From NCBI GenBank assembly GCA_002269645.1, contig NIVC01000147.1, positions 9,570 to 73,569 of the forward strand: a stretch of 64,000 bases of DNA, in the 5' to 3' direction. The translations under genes and the position numbers were made by a program. The stretch comes from Macrostomum lignano. Its lineage: Eukaryota. Position 1 is the stretch's first letter. Each line of letters begins with the position of its first letter. This document shows, one piece after another, positions 60,491 through 64,000 of this stretch. Below the pieces are notes generated by a model that saw only the letters and a list, made by a program, of their open reading frames with translations, did not search any database and was not told the origin of the DNA.

Positions 60491-63400
60491 ATGTCGAACG
60501 TGAAGGCGGCGGCGACCGTGCTTACTGAGTACGGGCACCGGTCCACTCTGCACGGACTGAGCCACATGTTTCAGAGCGGCGACCTGTGGCGCAAGGCGTT
60601 CTGGCTTGTGCTGACCTTCGCAGCCAGCGGGGCCTGCGTCTATCACATCTACGCCACGGTTAGCAACTACCTGGAGTCGCCCATCACCAGCATCTACCGG
60701 GACGAAGGCCCGCAGGCCCTGTTCCCCGGCGTGACCATCTGCAACCTGAAGCCCGTGTCCGAGGCGCTGCTTCACGCCGAGGAAGAGAAAGCCGCGCTGT
60801 TCCACCACCTGGACCAGGTGTGGAATTTTTTTGATAACTGGCTGTTCGGATTGCGAAGCCGGAAACACAGCGAGACCCGAGTCGATACAAGGAAAGGCAG
60901 CGCGAACTGCTCAAGACGTACACGGACATTTTCTGGGTATCGGACGACACCGCAGAGTTCGGCTCAGTGACAGACACACGCTGCTGATGTGCCTGTATAA
61001 GAACAAGCACTGCAATGCCTCCAACTTTAAATTAGTTCAGCACCACCGTTACTGGCAACTGCTACACGTTCCAGCCCCTCGATGGCGACCGCACGATTGA
61101 CAACAGCGATCAGGACAGCGGGCTGAGGCTGATTCTGTTCACCGACTCAAACTTCGACAGCAACAGGCTGGACGACTCGGTGAATTATCTCCGAAGCATG
61201 ACCAGAGAGGACGAGATCACCAATCCGTATTCGCTGCCGCACGTACTTGGGTCGCGGAAATCGGACCTTAAATCAGGTGCTTACCGGCAACAAATGGGAG
61301 GCTGAAGGCCTGAGAATCTTCATACACAATGAGAGCCAGTTTCCACCACATCAGATATTGCCTTTGACGTGTCGCAGCGGCGCCTCAACCACCATTGAGG
61401 TCAACACAAAGCAGGTGAACACGTTGAACAGGCCACCATCGCATGTGTGCAAGCAGAAGAGCGGAGACCATCTCCTATGTGAGGGTACTTCGGCCCGAAC
61501 GTCACTGGACTACGGAGCTATCGTTTAACTCAACCGCGAAGCAGTGATGGAGGCCCAGCAGAAGATGATATTTGACAAATGCGGTTGCCTACACTCATCT
61601 GCTGCCGTTCAAGTTCAACACCAGCTTGTTGTGCCTCTACGCTGATCCGCAGCACAGAATTCACCCTTCCATGGAGTTCATGCAGCGGCTCGCCTGCCAC
61701 ACCAACTCATTCAAACTGGCTGAGCAGAAAACCTCGGAACTGCTGCAGCAGAAAGATGAATACAAGCCTTGCACCAGCTGGAAGCTGCAGGCCACCAAAG
61801 TGCAGGTGCCCTGGCCGCGAAGTGACGAGCTGATTGACTTTGTGAACTACGTCTTCATGCCGTCTTACATCGCCGAGCTGCAGAATGAGGACCAGGTTAT
61901 GCACCTGCTGAAGTCGCGGAACAGCCGGGCCGAGGCCATCATTCGGCACCTGTTCAACCCGGACTGCCGGAAGGAGAATGGCACGGACGCACCCTTGGTA
62001 GACTCGTGGTGCATCTCCAGAGCCAAGTTGAAGGCAAACGTTGCCCAGATCTGGATCAAACCTGCCTCGACCCACGCGGGCGTCTACATGGAGGAGTACA
62101 GCTACGACTGGCCGGAGGCGCTCAGCGAGGTTGGCGGCATCTTCGGCCTGTGGATGGGTGAGGCTGAGGTTTTTGAAGATCTCTGAATTTTTTTATCCCC
62201 ATTTAACGATCTACTAATAGTAATATGTAGCCCAAGGCCCAGCTGGTTGTACTTAATACAGCCTAGGGCATAAATGCACTCGCACTTGCGGTGTCAGATC
62301 CCGTTGCTAGTGAGCAAAAAGGTAAGAAAGTGCAGCCCGCACACACCGGGATCCCGCTGATACCAAGGGACTCGGAGGGCCTCCTTCAACCGTCCTTCTC
62401 GGTGCAGCAGCAAAGCGAAATGTCAAGCTTCGAGCCAACGGCGCGCCAGGCCGGTAATCTATTCCCAGTCTTGCATTTCTCCCCCTGTCTCTGCCTCGCT
62501 TCCTGCCTGCCTGCCGCAGATGGCTGCGATAAGACAAATTGCACAGGTAGGCCTGTGCCGGGTCTAGAGAGGCCAAACTACATGTGCATTTTCTGAGGGA
62601 GGCGAATTACGAAATTAGTTGTCGAAGTGGATGCACTGTGCATAGCAAGGCTGGAATACCCACCAGCATTGCCCAGCATCTATATAAAATAAACCCAAGC
62701 TGTGCATTTCGGTATCTGTCTCGGAGCAGAGCTTCAATTTATCTGCACAAGCGGGCTCTCCGGCAGAGGAGGGTCGCAAGACAGCTTGGTAGCGGCTGTT
62801 CCTGCCCATCTTTGCAGTCAGTCGTCCCCATATTCCAATTCTCCCATCGCGAAGTCCTGCCCAATACTATTGGTTGATGGGGCAACCGTGCCGCAGCTGT
62901 CAAGTGAACAACAGAGCCCGAAACTCTTGCCCCCCCTCTGGCATGACCAGCCCATCAGTAAGTGATTTTTGTGCACTCGAACACACAGAACGTCACAATG
63001 TGGGAACGTCGTACTCTGTGTGAACTGTGCTGTCAAACTATTTGAAGCTGTAGGAAGCTGAATGAGCTCTGGCCGAACGCGCCATCACTGTGCCACTCAG
63101 CTGACACCAACCCATCCCCAGCTGACACCAACCCATCCCCAGCTGACACCAACCCATCCTCCAGCTGACACCAACCCATCCCCAGCTGACACCAACCCAT
63201 CCCCAGCTGACACCAACCCATCCCCAGCTGACACCAACCCATCCCCAGCTGACACCAACCCATCCCCAGCTGACACCAACCCATCCTCCAGCTGACACCA
63301 ACCCATCCTCCAGCTGACACCAACCCATCCTCCAGCTGACACCAACCCATCCTCCAGCTGACACCAACCCATCCTCCAGCTGACACCAACACATCCTCCA

Positions 63401-63871
63401 GCTGACACCAACCCATCCTCCAGCTGACACCAACCAATCCTCCAGCTGACACCAACCCATCCTCCAGCTGACACCAACCAATCCTCCAGCTGACACCAAA
63501 CCATCCTCCAGCTGACACAAACGCATCCCCAAGCTCACACCAACCCATTAGCAGCTGACACAAAACCCATCCTCCAGCTGACACAAACGCATACCCCAGC
63601 TGACACAAACCCATCCCCCAGCTGACACAAACCCATCCCCCAGCTGACACAAACCCATCCCCCAGCTGACACAAAACCCATCCTCCAGCTGACACAAACC
63701 CATATCCCAGCTGACACAAAACGCATACTCGCCTGCCCCGCAGGAATTTCGCTGCTCAGCGTCATGGAGTTCATCGAGCTGCTGTGCATCCTGATGAGCG
63801 TCTGCACCAGCCGAGACGCGGGCAAAAGGTCTTCAAACGTTGGCAGTGCAGCAGCCTCTCGAAACAGGTAG
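60491..63871 (+). CDS. DEG/ENaC/ASIC-family sodium channel with multiple frameshifts (pseudogene or assembly errors); coding pieces 60491-62157 and 63744-63871
   Basis: STLHGLSH pre-TM1 motif, TM1, FPGVTICN, GNCYTF, GLRLIL, GLRIFIH, CGC, and LSEVGGIFGLWMG|ISLLSVMEFIEL TM2 with GxS joined across a phase-1 intron. Confidence 0.85.
63100..63720. repeat. 21/22-bp minisatellite (CCAGCTGACACCAACCCATCC[T])n in the ENaC intron
   Basis: Tandem units running almost to the acceptor at 63743. Confidence 0.95.
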
Positions 63872-64000
63872 CTCAAGTTTAAGCGACCGAAACGCTTCTA
63901 TGGAAAAGATACGACTACTGCAAGTAATATACGGGACATCTGCATCGCTAAATCATTTCAGGATGCCGCAAGATTTCGAAGCCATACTAAGGTACCTGGC

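Overview
This is animal genomic DNA with GC-rich exons, short GT-AG introns, TTAGGG tracts and very many 15-41 bp minisatellites. The style suggests a free-living flatworm such as Macrostomum, which is an inference. Host genes I can assemble: YEATS4/GAS41 (start exon not found), NTPCR (3 exons), ERCC6L/PICH (6 exons, 1267 aa), two convergent GT92/DUF23 glycosyltransferase paralogs, a heavily frameshifted DEG/ENaC channel gene, a small secreted prohormone-like gene, and several unidentified GC-rich exons. Mobile DNA: an intact DD34D mariner inside a 27-bp satellite; a decayed Gypsy (5' LTR plus tRNA-Ser-like PBS) in an ERCC6L intron; a 3' remnant of a non-LTR element; a DIRS/Ngaro-type tyrosine recombinase fragment; a decayed intron-containing Crypton; four copies of a tRNA-derived SINE; and several MITE/foldback elements. 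The most notable observations are: (1) a candidate unrecognised amidated neuropeptide precursor at 42968-43234; (2) two long inverted-repeat elements carrying telomeric repeats, one of which shares its subrepeat with a minisatellite elsewhere in the window; (3) a hidden Crypton whose 3' end is tandemly duplicated; (4) a 34-bp hAT-like element made only of two TIRs; (5) a gene-conversion-like mosaic between the GT92 paralogs. Most long ORFs in the supplied track are tandem-repeat or antisense artefacts. All coordinates and counts were read by eye.
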